From: Thermoplasmatota archaeon
GTDB lineage: Archaea > Thermoplasmatota > Penumbrarchaeia > Penumbrarchaeales > Penumbrarchaeaceae
Direction of reading: 5' to 3'
Length of the DNA: 64,000 nt
NCBI GenBank assembly: GCA_965234725.1
Contig: CBDDUX010000038.1
Location: 1-64,000, forward strand
In this document: one piece after another, positions 38,883-47,652 of the stretch
How the letters are laid out: every line of letters begins with the position of its first letter
How positions within the stretch are numbered: position 1 is the stretch's first letter
Program-made: the position numbers and the translations under genes
Notes under the pieces: model-generated
Seen by the model: only the letters and a program-made list of their open reading frames with translations
The model's database searches: none
Told to the model about the DNA's origin: nothing

Positions 38883-40415
38883 ATGGATATCCAAGAGGAA
38901 GAGGGAAGGATGCCATCCATTGTCATTGTTGGAATTGGCGGTGGTGGGTCCAGGATACTATCAGATGGAATGGAAAAGGTCATCAAATACATCAATGTGG
39001 ATAGATACAACTGCCTGGCGAGAGCTGTAAGGGCAAACACCGAAAGGCCTCTCACTTTCATCGTGGATACCTCTTCGGATCCCACCCGAAAGGGATTCTT
39101 CGAGAACATTCCGGATGACCAGAAGATATCACTTTCAGAATCTGCTCGTGGTATGTCCAGAGGTGCGGGAGGGAGACCGGGTCGGGCAGCAAAGGCAGTT
39201 CTTAATGATGAAGTCGTCAAGAACCTTGCATTCAATCTCTATAAACCGATCTCAGAAGCAGAACCTGCCATTGTTGTGATCATCCATACAGCAGACGGAG
39301 GAACCGGAGGAGGTCTGACTCCCGAGGTAATCCATCATCTTGGTTACTGCTTGCCCATGTCCACAATATTCTGGATCTTCACCGTACTTCCGAAAAGAAC
39401 AGCACTCTCTCTCCTGGGTCCAAGGACCGTGGCTCCCACAATGGGGAAACTCTTGAAGGTAGCAAGAAGGGTCACACGGAGGGATTTTACAAATATTCCA
39501 TTCCGCTGCAGAGAGGTTATAAATTCAGCCATAAAACTGAAAAAGCTGGACCAGTCATATGAGTTCCAGCATTCTCGTATCGCAATTTTTCCACTCTCCA
39601 ATCACCATTTCGCCCAGTGCATGGAAGGTTTCGGCGGGAAACAGATAAGGGAAGAGGTTCTAAATCCATTCCCGATAGAACTCCTTTCCCAGGCTCTTTA
39701 TCCTTATCTGAAATATAATGTCGCAACTTATGATGAACAGGTCTGGATGCAGGAGAACTGGCCTCTCGGTCCGATAGACATCCCGGACATCATGGCGGGT
39801 CTCACATCTGAAAGGCCCTTTGTGATCCCTCACCTTTTTGTGGATCCTGATATAGATGATCAGGATAGTATTGAGAGTGTGGTTAAGGACCTGGAGGAGG
39901 GGAGGATAAGATTGGAAGTTCAGAATGGGGAAAAAGGGAGTGAGGATCTGGGCCTCTTCACTTTCACAGGTTCCTCATCAGCTCTCTTCGAGTTCAGAGC
40001 AACATCACTCTACTGCATCCCCATATACCCGGAGGGCAGTTCATATTTCGACAGTTTTGGAGATTTCGTGTCTGATATCTGGTTTCCATCACTCTCAGGG
40101 AAATTAAAATTCATCACAGGGAAACAGGGATTGAAACTAGGGGTCATCAGCCATGCAGCCAATCTCAAACCCCAACCGATCCCAAGACCTCCAGGAGATA
40201 TCGACCTGGGTTTCAAAAATGGACTTTTAGTCACACTTCTGTTTGGCGCGGTTCCCAAGGACCTACCTATCTGGCTTGAGGCGACAAGAGATATCATAGA
40301 AGGATACAAGACAGAGGATTTCTGGGAAGTATCCGGATATGATGCAAGGGATTGGTTGAACGAGATCTCAGCTTATGTTGGATGGCCTGATTGGCCTTAC
40401 AAGAAATATAATTAG
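38883..40415 (+). CDS. Divergent tubulin/FtsZ-superfamily GTPase
   Basis: T1 VGIGGGGSRI, T2 VDTS, T3 GAGGRP, T4 ADGGTGGG, T5 TVLP, T6 LSN, T7-like IDIPDI. Confidence 0.75.
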   Translation: MDIQEEEGRMPSIVIVGIGGGGSRILSDGMEKVIKYINVDRYNCLARAVRANTERPLTFIVDTSSDPTRKGFFENIPDDQKISLSESARGMSRGAGGRPGRAAKAVLNDEVVKNLAFNLYKPISEAEPAIVVIIHTADGGTGGGLTPEVIHHLGYCLPMSTIFWIFTVLPKRTALSLLGPRTVAPTMGKLLKVARRVTRRDFTNIPFRCREVINSAIKLKKLDQSYEFQHSRIAIFPLSNHHFAQCMEGFGGKQIREEVLNPFPIELLSQALYPYLKYNVATYDEQVWMQENWPLGPIDIPDIMAGLTSERPFVIPHLFVDPDIDDQDSIESVVKDLEEGRIRLEVQNGEKGSEDLGLFTFTGSSSALFEFRATSLYCIPIYPEGSSYFDSFGDFVSDIWFPSLSGKLKFITGKQGLKLGVISHAANLKPQPIPRPPGDIDLGFKNGLLVTLLFGAVPKDLPIWLEATRDIIEGYKTEDFWEVSGYDARDWLNEISAYVGWPDWPYKKYN

Positions 40416-40421
40416 AATATA

Positions 40422-40469
40422 TCTGGAAATTCTTAGGTAATTACTAATTGATCAACAATTTCCAGATTT
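40422..40469. repeat. 48-bp direct repeat, copy 1, with 10-bp terminal inverted repeats
   Basis: TCTGGAAATT-CTTAGGTAATTACTAATTGATCAAC-AATTTCCAGA-TTT; identical copy at 40630-40677. Confidence 0.95.
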
Positions 40470-40629
40470 TATTTATCTGGCAACTCACTTGCGTCACTGA
40501 TATAGAAAAACGTGAATTCGAGACCATTGTAAAAAACAGGCTTCGCCTTAGGTTTTTTACTGTCCTTCGCATCACAGATACGAAGGCCCAGCAACAGTAG
40601 ATCGTCAATTTCAAGAACTACTGTGCGGG

Positions 40630-40677
40630 TCTGGAAATTCTTAGGTAATTACTAATTGATCAACAATTTCCAGATTT
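40630..40677. repeat. 48-bp direct repeat, copy 2
   Basis: Identical to 40422-40469. Confidence 0.95.
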
Positions 40678-40681
40678 AAAT

Positions 40682-40716
40682 AAAAAAAAAGGGGAAGGTC
40701 AACAAAGACCTCCCCC
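40682..40716 (-). terminator. Hairpin plus U-tract terminator after the 40743..44981 gene
   Basis: Minus strand GGGGGAGGTC-TTTGTT-GACCTTCCCC followed by T9. Confidence 0.8.
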
Positions 40717-40742
40717 ATCAGGTTCTTCTCTCAAACCGGTTC

Positions 40743-43700
40743 TCAGATCCTCTTGGTGGTCTTCAGCAAGAGCGCAGCTCCGACGAGTGCGACAATGGCC
40801 AGCAGGATGATGAGCATGGTGGAGATTATCGGGTTGTTGTTCACCAGCTCCTTCACAACAAAGCTGCCCTGGACCTTGACGGTCCTGCTAACTGAGTTGC
40901 TGTCTCCTTCTCCTCCGGGTGCTTCAACAACGGTGTTCTCAGGATCGAGAATTACCTCGACCTTGTGATCACCTGCTTCTGCGACCCAGGAGAAGATGAC
41001 CGTCTTCTCATCGGTCTCATTGTCTCCGTTCCTTACTGACCTCAGGGTCGAGACCTTCTTCTCCTCACCATCGATCTTCAGCTGGACATCCACGTTCTCT
41101 GCGGGGATATCACCGACGTTCTTGATCTTCACTATAATAGTGAGGACATCACCGACGGTGGCATGATAACCGCTGTCTGCGTTACCACCCGAGAATTCCA
41201 CTGCCCTGCCCTTATCGTCCTTCACGAAGACGAGATCGGGGAACAGGACCTCGAGCTTGATGATGGTCTCATTCCAATCGTTCGGACCACCCTCTCCGCG
41301 ACCTGCGACAGAGATGTCTGTGGTCGCTGAGGACTGGACCTCGAACCTCGGAGCCTTCAAAGTCAGATGGACCCATGCGGTCTGACCCTTATCCAGGACA
41401 AGGGTTATGTCGCGGATCTCGTTCAGGTTGGATCCAGAAACCGCTGCTGCGGTGAAGTTCGGTGTGTAGTAAACATCCGCCACCAGATTCGAGATCGGGA
41501 TCTCGTTGGTGAAGTCGAAGGGTCTTATGTTGGTCGTGAAGTCAGGTGTGTTGGCGATTGCAACAAACTTACCTTCCCAACCATCATAGAGGACCTCCAT
41601 CTGGTCCCTGACCGGATCATACTGCTTTCCAAGCCTCAGGGTTACCCTCTCGAGGCCGTTTCCGTAGTTGCCGACCCGGAGGACGAATGGTTTCTCCTGG
41701 TCAGGCTGGATCTGGGCGGTCATGACATTGGTATCGTCCAGGGTTTCGACCTGTAGATCGTATGTCTGATTCACATAGACCTTAACGTATACGACCTTGG
41801 ATGAGCCTTCACCTGTCAGATTCACTCCAACAACATACCAACCGGTCCTTGTGTTTTCCGGGACCTTGATACGGCCGTTGATGAAGATATTGCTCTTCCA
41901 GTCCATGGTGAACTCATACTTCTGGTAACCTTCCAGATTGTAGAAGGTCAGATTCCAATCAAGGAGGATCTCGTAGGCATTGGGCATGATCATGTCCTCG
42001 CCGTTCCCAAGGTTGGATACCTGCATCCTGAACCATACGTTGTTGCCGGGATCCACCCTTACACTGTCCTTTTCAATTACCACCGCATCGAACTCATAGA
42101 CATGGTTGACTATGACCGTCAGCGGAGCAGAAGCACGGATATTGGTGGCATCTTTGACCACACCTATCACATTCAGGACCAGCTTCTGATTTGCTCCAAC
42201 GTATCCGGGGGCAGTTACTCTGATGGTAACAGGTCTTGTCTGTCCCTGGTATACCGCCTGGGGTTCCTCGGGATATCTAACTGTCCAGCCAGGCTGCTTA
42301 CCTTCTATTGAGAGTACAACATAGATAATATCCTTGTTACCAAGGTTGGTTATCTCAAGTGTGTATTCCACAGTTCCGTTCGGATCAACATATTTGGTGG
42401 AATCCTCGATCCTGAGCTGAAGTTCGTTCACCTCACCGACTATCATGATCAGTTTGTCGACCTTGATGATATCCTCGATAACTGCTTCCTTGGACCTTCC
42501 GGAAACACCGGTCAATATGATGGGGATCTGTGTATCCTTGGTAGCATCGATGGGACATTTCACCTTTACGGTGAATGAAGTTCCGGTGATCCCACCGAAC
42601 TGTTCGGCAAGAGGCGGCGCAGTAAGGGATATGTTCGCTGTAATATCTCCGGTCTCAACGAAATACCAATCCCAACCAGCATCCAGTGGAGGCGGGCTGA
42701 GTGTAAGCTCGTAGGTATCATTGAGGTTGCCCTTGTTCAGTACGGATATCGTGTATATACCTTCAGCTCCCGGATTGATCTTGTCCCATTTCTCGCCAAC
42801 AAGCGGATCAAGGGGATCGGTGGAAGGTTGTTTCAGGTAGTTCAACTCGAAATCCACGAACAGGTCCAGGATCGTCAGGGTGGTTATCGAATCCGAAGCG
42901 AACTGGTCCTGTGAAGAGTTGGCAGATACATTGATCCTTGCCATCTCTCCGATGTCACCTTCCCACGGAGCATAGACCGTCAACTGAAGGAAAGCAACCT
43001 CTTGTGAAGCGAGTCTCACATAGCTCGGATTATCGTTTCCTCTGTCTGGGGGTGTGTCCAGGAAGACAGACCAGCCCTGGGGGATGGAATCCTGCTCGAC
43101 TTCAACATAGATAACGTCCTTGTTGACCTCTGAGATGCCCTTTCCGGTGTTCTCAACGGTCAGGTTGTATGTGACATATGATCCGGGCTGGGCGGACTTC
43201 ACAACGGTGTCCAGGGGTTGTCCGGTCTCTATGTCCTTCCTGGGATAGATATCCACACCGAAGGAGGTCTGGGGGTTGTAGAATCCGGTCCTGTTGAGAT
43301 CATAGTGGAACTCGGCCCAATCGGCCTGGCCCTTTACGGACCTTCCACCAGCGGAGATGCAGTAGACATGGCCTTCCTGGTCTCCAATGACGACCTCAAG
43401 CATACCATCCAGATCTATGTCACCAACCACTGGTGATGAGATCCCTATGGGGACTGTGGTGTCGTAAACCCAGAGAACATCCTGGGTAGGACCGTCTCCC
43501 GGATATGGTACTCCTTCATCTATACCATCGGACGGATCTCCATCGAAACAGAAGACCTTGCCCGAATCAGAACCTATAACGATCTCCAATTCATCATCAT
43601 TGTTGATATTACATATCGCGGGAGAAGACATACATCTTCCACCCGTATCGAAAGACCATAGAAGGTTATGATATTCAGTGTTCATCACATACATCATACC

Positions 43701-44981
43701 ATTATCGGATCCGAAGACCACCTCATAGTCGAGATGCTTCTCTTCGGGATCGTCCTTTGCCACCTGAAGATCGGCAACTGCCGGTGATGAGAAAATGGAG
43801 GCACGGGAACTGCCGGTCTGGTAGTCCCAGAGCTTCTTTCCGGAAGGAGTATAGACATAGAGCTTTCCGCCCCATCCGGTCCAGGTCCTCGGATATCCTT
43901 CGGAACATCCGATGAAGATCTCACACTCTGGGGAACCTGTGACGTTTGCAACAGCGGATGTTGCATAGGTCTGGTGACCTCCCAGATATCCGCTTGTGCT
44001 CTCGTCATAGTTGGGTTTCCCCTCAGCGTTCTCTCCCTGCCTTTCCCAGATCCTCAGACCCCTATCGTGGTTTCCTATGATGAGCTCGGTGTCCCTTTCC
44101 TTGGATGGATCAGGATTGATCAGCTCTGGACCATCCCAGAAATCACCATCAAGGTCGTGGGCGACGACAGAGCATCCGATAAGACCTCCCTCACCGCCGG
44201 TCGGAGCTTCTTCTCTGAAGATCGCACCACCGTCGACCTCGAAGGCCTCCATCCAACCCTTCCTTCCTTCATCATCGGAAGCAAGGACGATCTCAAGGTC
44301 CTCCTTGTCACCAGTCCAATCTCCTTCAAGATCGGTGATACAGGCTGTGGAGAAGTAATATCCAGTTGTCAATCCCTTCTTCCACTGCTTCTCTCCATCC
44401 GATCCGATACAAAGGGCTCCGTCCTTCACACCAATGATGATCTCGGGAGTATCACCAAGGTTCACATCAGCCGCAATGACCGATGCAAAGATGTGCGGAG
44501 GATCGAAATCGAGACCGGACGTACCAGCCGTCTGTCCGAGATAATCTATGACATCATCACCATACGGATTGGGCCAAAAATAGCCCCCGTCAGGTCGTAA
44601 TGCATAGATGTAATCACCAGCAGAGGCGATGACGACCTCAAGATCGTTGTCATTGTCCAGATCGACAATGGCAGGGGAAGAGAGATATTCTCCCTCAGCC
44701 TCGAACAAGGTGGTCTGCCATTCCAGCTGACCTCCGCCAGACCTGGTGATGTAGTCATTCACAAGCGGGTTTCCAGTATCATCTACGGGTGCCTTGATCT
44801 GACCAAATTTCTCGAAGAGATCCCTCTTCGAATTGAGCCAGGTATCGAAAACAAGGTTGTCGACATCAACTGTATCGACATATTTGTAAAGCACATATCC
44901 CCCAATGGCCGAAGCCGTGAGGAGCATCAGGATGCCCCCCATGAGCAGTAGTCCCTTGGGGTGGAATCTTTCTGTAATCAT
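40743..44981 (-). CDS. Very large surface protein: FG-GAP/PQQ-like beta-propeller, NEW3/Ig repeats, CARDB, N- and C-terminal hydrophobic helices
   Basis: SSPAIVDLDNDNDLEVV and SSPVVGDIDLDGMLEVV repeats, W.EFHYDLNRTG, repeated V.N.GN..D, PDL...KNVGD...V..DPENTVVE; GGAGGT RBS. Confidence 0.85.
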   Translation of the reverse strand: MITERFHPKGLLLMGGILMLLTASAIGGYVLYKYVDTVDVDNLVFDTWLNSKRDLFEKFGQIKAPVDDTGNPLVNDYITRSGGGQLEWQTTLFEAEGEYLSSPAIVDLDNDNDLEVVIASAGDYIYALRPDGGYFWPNPYGDDVIDYLGQTAGTSGLDFDPPHIFASVIAADVNLGDTPEIIIGVKDGALCIGSDGEKQWKKGLTTGYYFSTACITDLEGDWTGDKEDLEIVLASDDEGRKGWMEAFEVDGGAIFREEAPTGGEGGLIGCSVVAHDLDGDFWDGPELINPDPSKERDTELIIGNHDRGLRIWERQGENAEGKPNYDESTSGYLGGHQTYATSAVANVTGSPECEIFIGCSEGYPRTWTGWGGKLYVYTPSGKKLWDYQTGSSRASIFSSPAVADLQVAKDDPEEKHLDYEVVFGSDNGMMYVMNTEYHNLLWSFDTGGRCMSSPAICNINNDDELEIVIGSDSGKVFCFDGDPSDGIDEGVPYPGDGPTQDVLWVYDTTVPIGISSPVVGDIDLDGMLEVVIGDQEGHVYCISAGGRSVKGQADWAEFHYDLNRTGFYNPQTSFGVDIYPRKDIETGQPLDTVVKSAQPGSYVTYNLTVENTGKGISEVNKDVIYVEVEQDSIPQGWSVFLDTPPDRGNDNPSYVRLASQEVAFLQLTVYAPWEGDIGEMARINVSANSSQDQFASDSITTLTILDLFVDFELNYLKQPSTDPLDPLVGEKWDKINPGAEGIYTISVLNKGNLNDTYELTLSPPPLDAGWDWYFVETGDITANISLTAPPLAEQFGGITGTSFTVKVKCPIDATKDTQIPIILTGVSGRSKEAVIEDIIKVDKLIMIVGEVNELQLRIEDSTKYVDPNGTVEYTLEITNLGNKDIIYVVLSIEGKQPGWTVRYPEEPQAVYQGQTRPVTIRVTAPGYVGANQKLVLNVIGVVKDATNIRASAPLTVIVNHVYEFDAVVIEKDSVRVDPGNNVWFRMQVSNLGNGEDMIMPNAYEILLDWNLTFYNLEGYQKYEFTMDWKSNIFINGRIKVPENTRTGWYVVGVNLTGEGSSKVVYVKVYVNQTYDLQVETLDDTNVMTAQIQPDQEKPFVLRVGNYGNGLERVTLRLGKQYDPVRDQMEVLYDGWEGKFVAIANTPDFTTNIRPFDFTNEIPISNLVADVYYTPNFTAAAVSGSNLNEIRDITLVLDKGQTAWVHLTLKAPRFEVQSSATTDISVAGRGEGGPNDWNETIIKLEVLFPDLVFVKDDKGRAVEFSGGNADSGYHATVGDVLTIIVKIKNVGDIPAENVDVQLKIDGEEKKVSTLRSVRNGDNETDEKTVIFSWVAEAGDHKVEVILDPENTVVEAPGGEGDSNSVSRTVKVQGSFVVKELVNNNPIISTMLIILLAIVALVGAALLLKTTKRI

Positions 44982-45148
44982 TTTTCCATACCTCCTTTCT
45001 AAGAACCGGTCATACGTTTCCTACAACCAAATTATCCCTGGCGATGATATTAATACATTCCTGTACACGACTTGTATCGATCACCTGGACTTATTAGCGG
45101 GTTGGGGTTCAAAGTCTTTGTCTTATAAAAGAATAATGGGATTTACCA

Positions 45149-45718
45149 TTAGTATGCGTCCAGGTTTGGTTTGTTAACAAGCTCTTCCTTTATGAGAGGA
45201 ATGATCTTGTAAGGGAGGATGTTCTTGTTTATAGGAGTGACCTCCAAAATTCGGACATCATCCCTCCTTCGGATATCCTGTAATAGTGGATTCCTGGATT
45301 TCTTGTGAAGTGTGAGGAGAAGTGGTTTATCAGCCTCCAGAGCCTCTTTAACAGCCTCCACGAACTGTTTTGATTCCACCTCCAGCTTCCCAACCTCATC
45401 AATGACTATGACATCAGCCTCATAAGTGGACCTTCTAATTGCAGCGACCCCGATACCATCGAGGGCGTCCATATCTATCCCGTAATCAAGGAACCGGATC
45501 TCAGAGACCATGTCGGTCCGGGCCAATACTCCCTCTTCCTTTGTAAGTAGGTCCTGGACCATGAAACCGACCTTAACTCCCCGTTCTATGATACCGTCGG
45601 TTATCATGCCGCCTACCTTTATCCCCTCTGCCTCAAGCATCTCGACGACCTTTCTAAGGGCATGGGTCTTTCCAGCTCCAGGTAATCCGGTGATACCTAT
45701 CTTTATCTTCTTAGACAC
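45149..45718 (-). CDS. Nucleoside-triphosphatase (THEP1 / NTPase_1)
   Basis: ITGLPGAGKT, VGGMIT, VIVIDEVGKLE, LLTLH. Confidence 0.92.
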   Translation of the reverse strand: MSKKIKIGITGLPGAGKTHALRKVVEMLEAEGIKVGGMITDGIIERGVKVGFMVQDLLTKEEGVLARTDMVSEIRFLDYGIDMDALDGIGVAAIRRSTYEADVIVIDEVGKLEVESKQFVEAVKEALEADKPLLLTLHKKSRNPLLQDIRRRDDVRILEVTPINKNILPYKIIPLIKEELVNKPNLDAY

Positions 45719-45926
45719 TTATTCTCACCAACCCCTGTTCAGATTCGCCCCACAGGTCTTTTTACCGTAATATCAACGACCCTAATTAATCTATGGATTT
45801 CAATTCTATCCGAACTACCTGGAATATCTTAAGAAGGATAAAAAAAGTAAATTTCCTTTATGCTATCAGACCAATACGAAAAGTATTTAGGGGTTTTTAG
45901 GATATGGTATATGGAGGTGAAAATGG

Positions 45927-46163
45927 ATGGTGATAGGATTCATTCTTATAAGTACGGCGCCGGCTAAGGAACATGACGTTTTCAAATCACTGATGAACGT
46001 CCCGGAGATAGTTGAACTTCACCCCCTGTTTGGAGAGTACGATCTGATCGCCAAGATCGAGGCAAGGGATTTCAATACATTGGGCCAGATCGTGGTCGAA
46101 AAAGTGAGGTCAATACCCGGGGTCATCGATACAAAGACCCTGACCGGGATTAAGTTCACTTGA
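45927..46163 (+). CDS. Lrp/AsnC ligand-binding-domain-only protein
   Basis: GFILI..APAKEHDV...L.....I.ELHPLFGEYDLIAKIE...IPGVIDTKTL; GGAGGTGA RBS; no HTH. Confidence 0.92.
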   Translation: MVIGFILISTAPAKEHDVFKSLMNVPEIVELHPLFGEYDLIAKIEARDFNTLGQIVVEKVRSIPGVIDTKTLTGIKFT

Positions 46164-46187
46164 GGCAAAACCTTCCGGTCGATCCAC

Positions 46188-46670
46188 ATGCTTGATCAGT
46201 TAGTAGTGAAACATAGAGTACCGTCCAAGGGCATGCCAAGGACGGTCCTTCTTTTTCTTATCATCTGCACCCTCATAACTCTATCATTTATCTCCATCCC
46301 GGCAAATGGTGCTGAGGAAGATGACAGCTCGGAACATGAATACCATAATAACGAGTTGACCTTTCTTTTGATCTCCTTTGTAATGACATACGGAGCCACT
46401 GCTGTTCTAGTTAGTATTTTCACATTCAAATATGGCCAGGGAAAAGCAAAGATCATTGCGATCCCCATGCTTATTTCAGGTCTGTTGATCTGGTTTACCT
46501 GGATCTATTTCAAGTTCATTATCAAAGCCGCCTTCCCGGATGATACCATATTGAATATCATTCATTGGTCCGCAGCACCCATCCTGAAACCATTACTTGC
46601 CGTGGTAGGGGTTTTCCTTGGCGGGGGGCTTTCTTTGTTCATATTCCTCACCATGGTTGTTAGATCATGA
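46188..46670 (+). CDS. Hypothetical membrane protein (about 4 hydrophobic helices)
   Basis: ORF with signal/TM segments; start uncertain (46188 or 46233). Confidence 0.65.
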   Translation: MLDQLVVKHRVPSKGMPRTVLLFLIICTLITLSFISIPANGAEEDDSSEHEYHNNELTFLLISFVMTYGATAVLVSIFTFKYGQGKAKIIAIPMLISGLLIWFTWIYFKFIIKAAFPDDTILNIIHWSAAPILKPLLAVVGVFLGGGLSLFIFLTMVVRS

Positions 46671-46779
46671 ACACTCGATCAAGATCGCAGACAATTGACC
46701 ACATGTTTTATAAAAAAATCCCAAGATAACAAATAATTATCATTCAATATATCACATATTTATAAAATATAAATATGAT

Positions 46780-46846
46780 AAAAGAATAAAATAAGCAAAA
46801 ATGGAAACGATCCCGATCACCCATACCAATCGACCGGGATAGTTTC
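46780..46846 (-). terminator. Possible hairpin plus T-rich terminator between convergent genes
   Basis: Imperfect stem GAAAC.ATCCCG.TC / GA.CGGGAT.GTTTC, followed on the minus strand by T-rich sequence. Confidence 0.45.
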
Positions 46847-46874
46847 AGATCTGCGATCCAATAATTACGTTGTT

Positions 46875-47345
46875 CTATTCCAGGCCAAACTCAATGTGTT
46901 TTATACCTTCATCTGATATCTTGAATCTTCCCTGTTTCCGGCCCTGATTGAGAAGACCATCTCCCATGAGCTTCCTGAAATAATAGGTCATATTTCCAGG
47001 GACCTCGATCATGTTCTTTTTCATGAAACCGATCATTTCCTTGGAGCGGAACTCCCTTTTCCTTAGTTTCTTGTTGATGCAGAATGCAGAAACGAGCACT
47101 TTCATATCATTGTTCTTACCATCAAGTTTCGGAAGAAGGTCACCGATCTCCAATGCTTTGACATCGATAGATGGCTTCGGTTTTGGCTTTGGACCCCTTT
47201 TCGCAGGTGCACCCTTGGATCTCTGTTTGGGAAAGATGACCTTGATCTCCTTGAAAACACCGTCAACGAATTCCTTATCTCCCTCGATCTCAATAAGATT
47301 CCTTCCATTCCTTACCTTTATCTTGTATAATTCCTTGGATTCCAT
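46875..47345 (-). CDS. Basic hypothetical protein with C-terminal winged-helix-like domain
   Basis: KIKV..G...IEIEGDKEFV N-terminus, K/P-rich linker, EF.SKE...N.TYYF.KL...GLL......GRFKIS..G. Confidence 0.7.
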   Translation of the reverse strand: MESKELYKIKVRNGRNLIEIEGDKEFVDGVFKEIKVIFPKQRSKGAPAKRGPKPKPKPSIDVKALEIGDLLPKLDGKNNDMKVLVSAFCINKKLRKREFRSKEMIGFMKKNMIEVPGNMTYYFRKLMGDGLLNQGRKQGRFKISDEGIKHIEFGLE

Positions 47346-47652
47346 GTGATGGGATTATCTATTTCATATATAATATTATAGAATAAAATTTTAATAGAGA
47401 TTGGAATGATTTGTTTTAATAATTTTTTAATCACTCTTAATTTATATCATTGATATTCCTTTGGACCGTAAAGAAAATTAATGGAAATTTTTCCCCATAA
47501 GAATTATCCAATAGATAGCCAGTATACTTGAAAATGATCCGATAAGAATAACATCCGAACGGTAGGTTCAAGACCAAAACACACCAGATCGGATATTCCA
47601 TTCCATTTGACTTTCAAAGGTGGAGGTCCGAGAGAAAAAATAGCGCAATATT

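Noticed and set aside
40422-40677. CRISPR array
   Set aside because: Only two repeats, a 160-bp structured interior far longer than a spacer, and no cas genes in the window.
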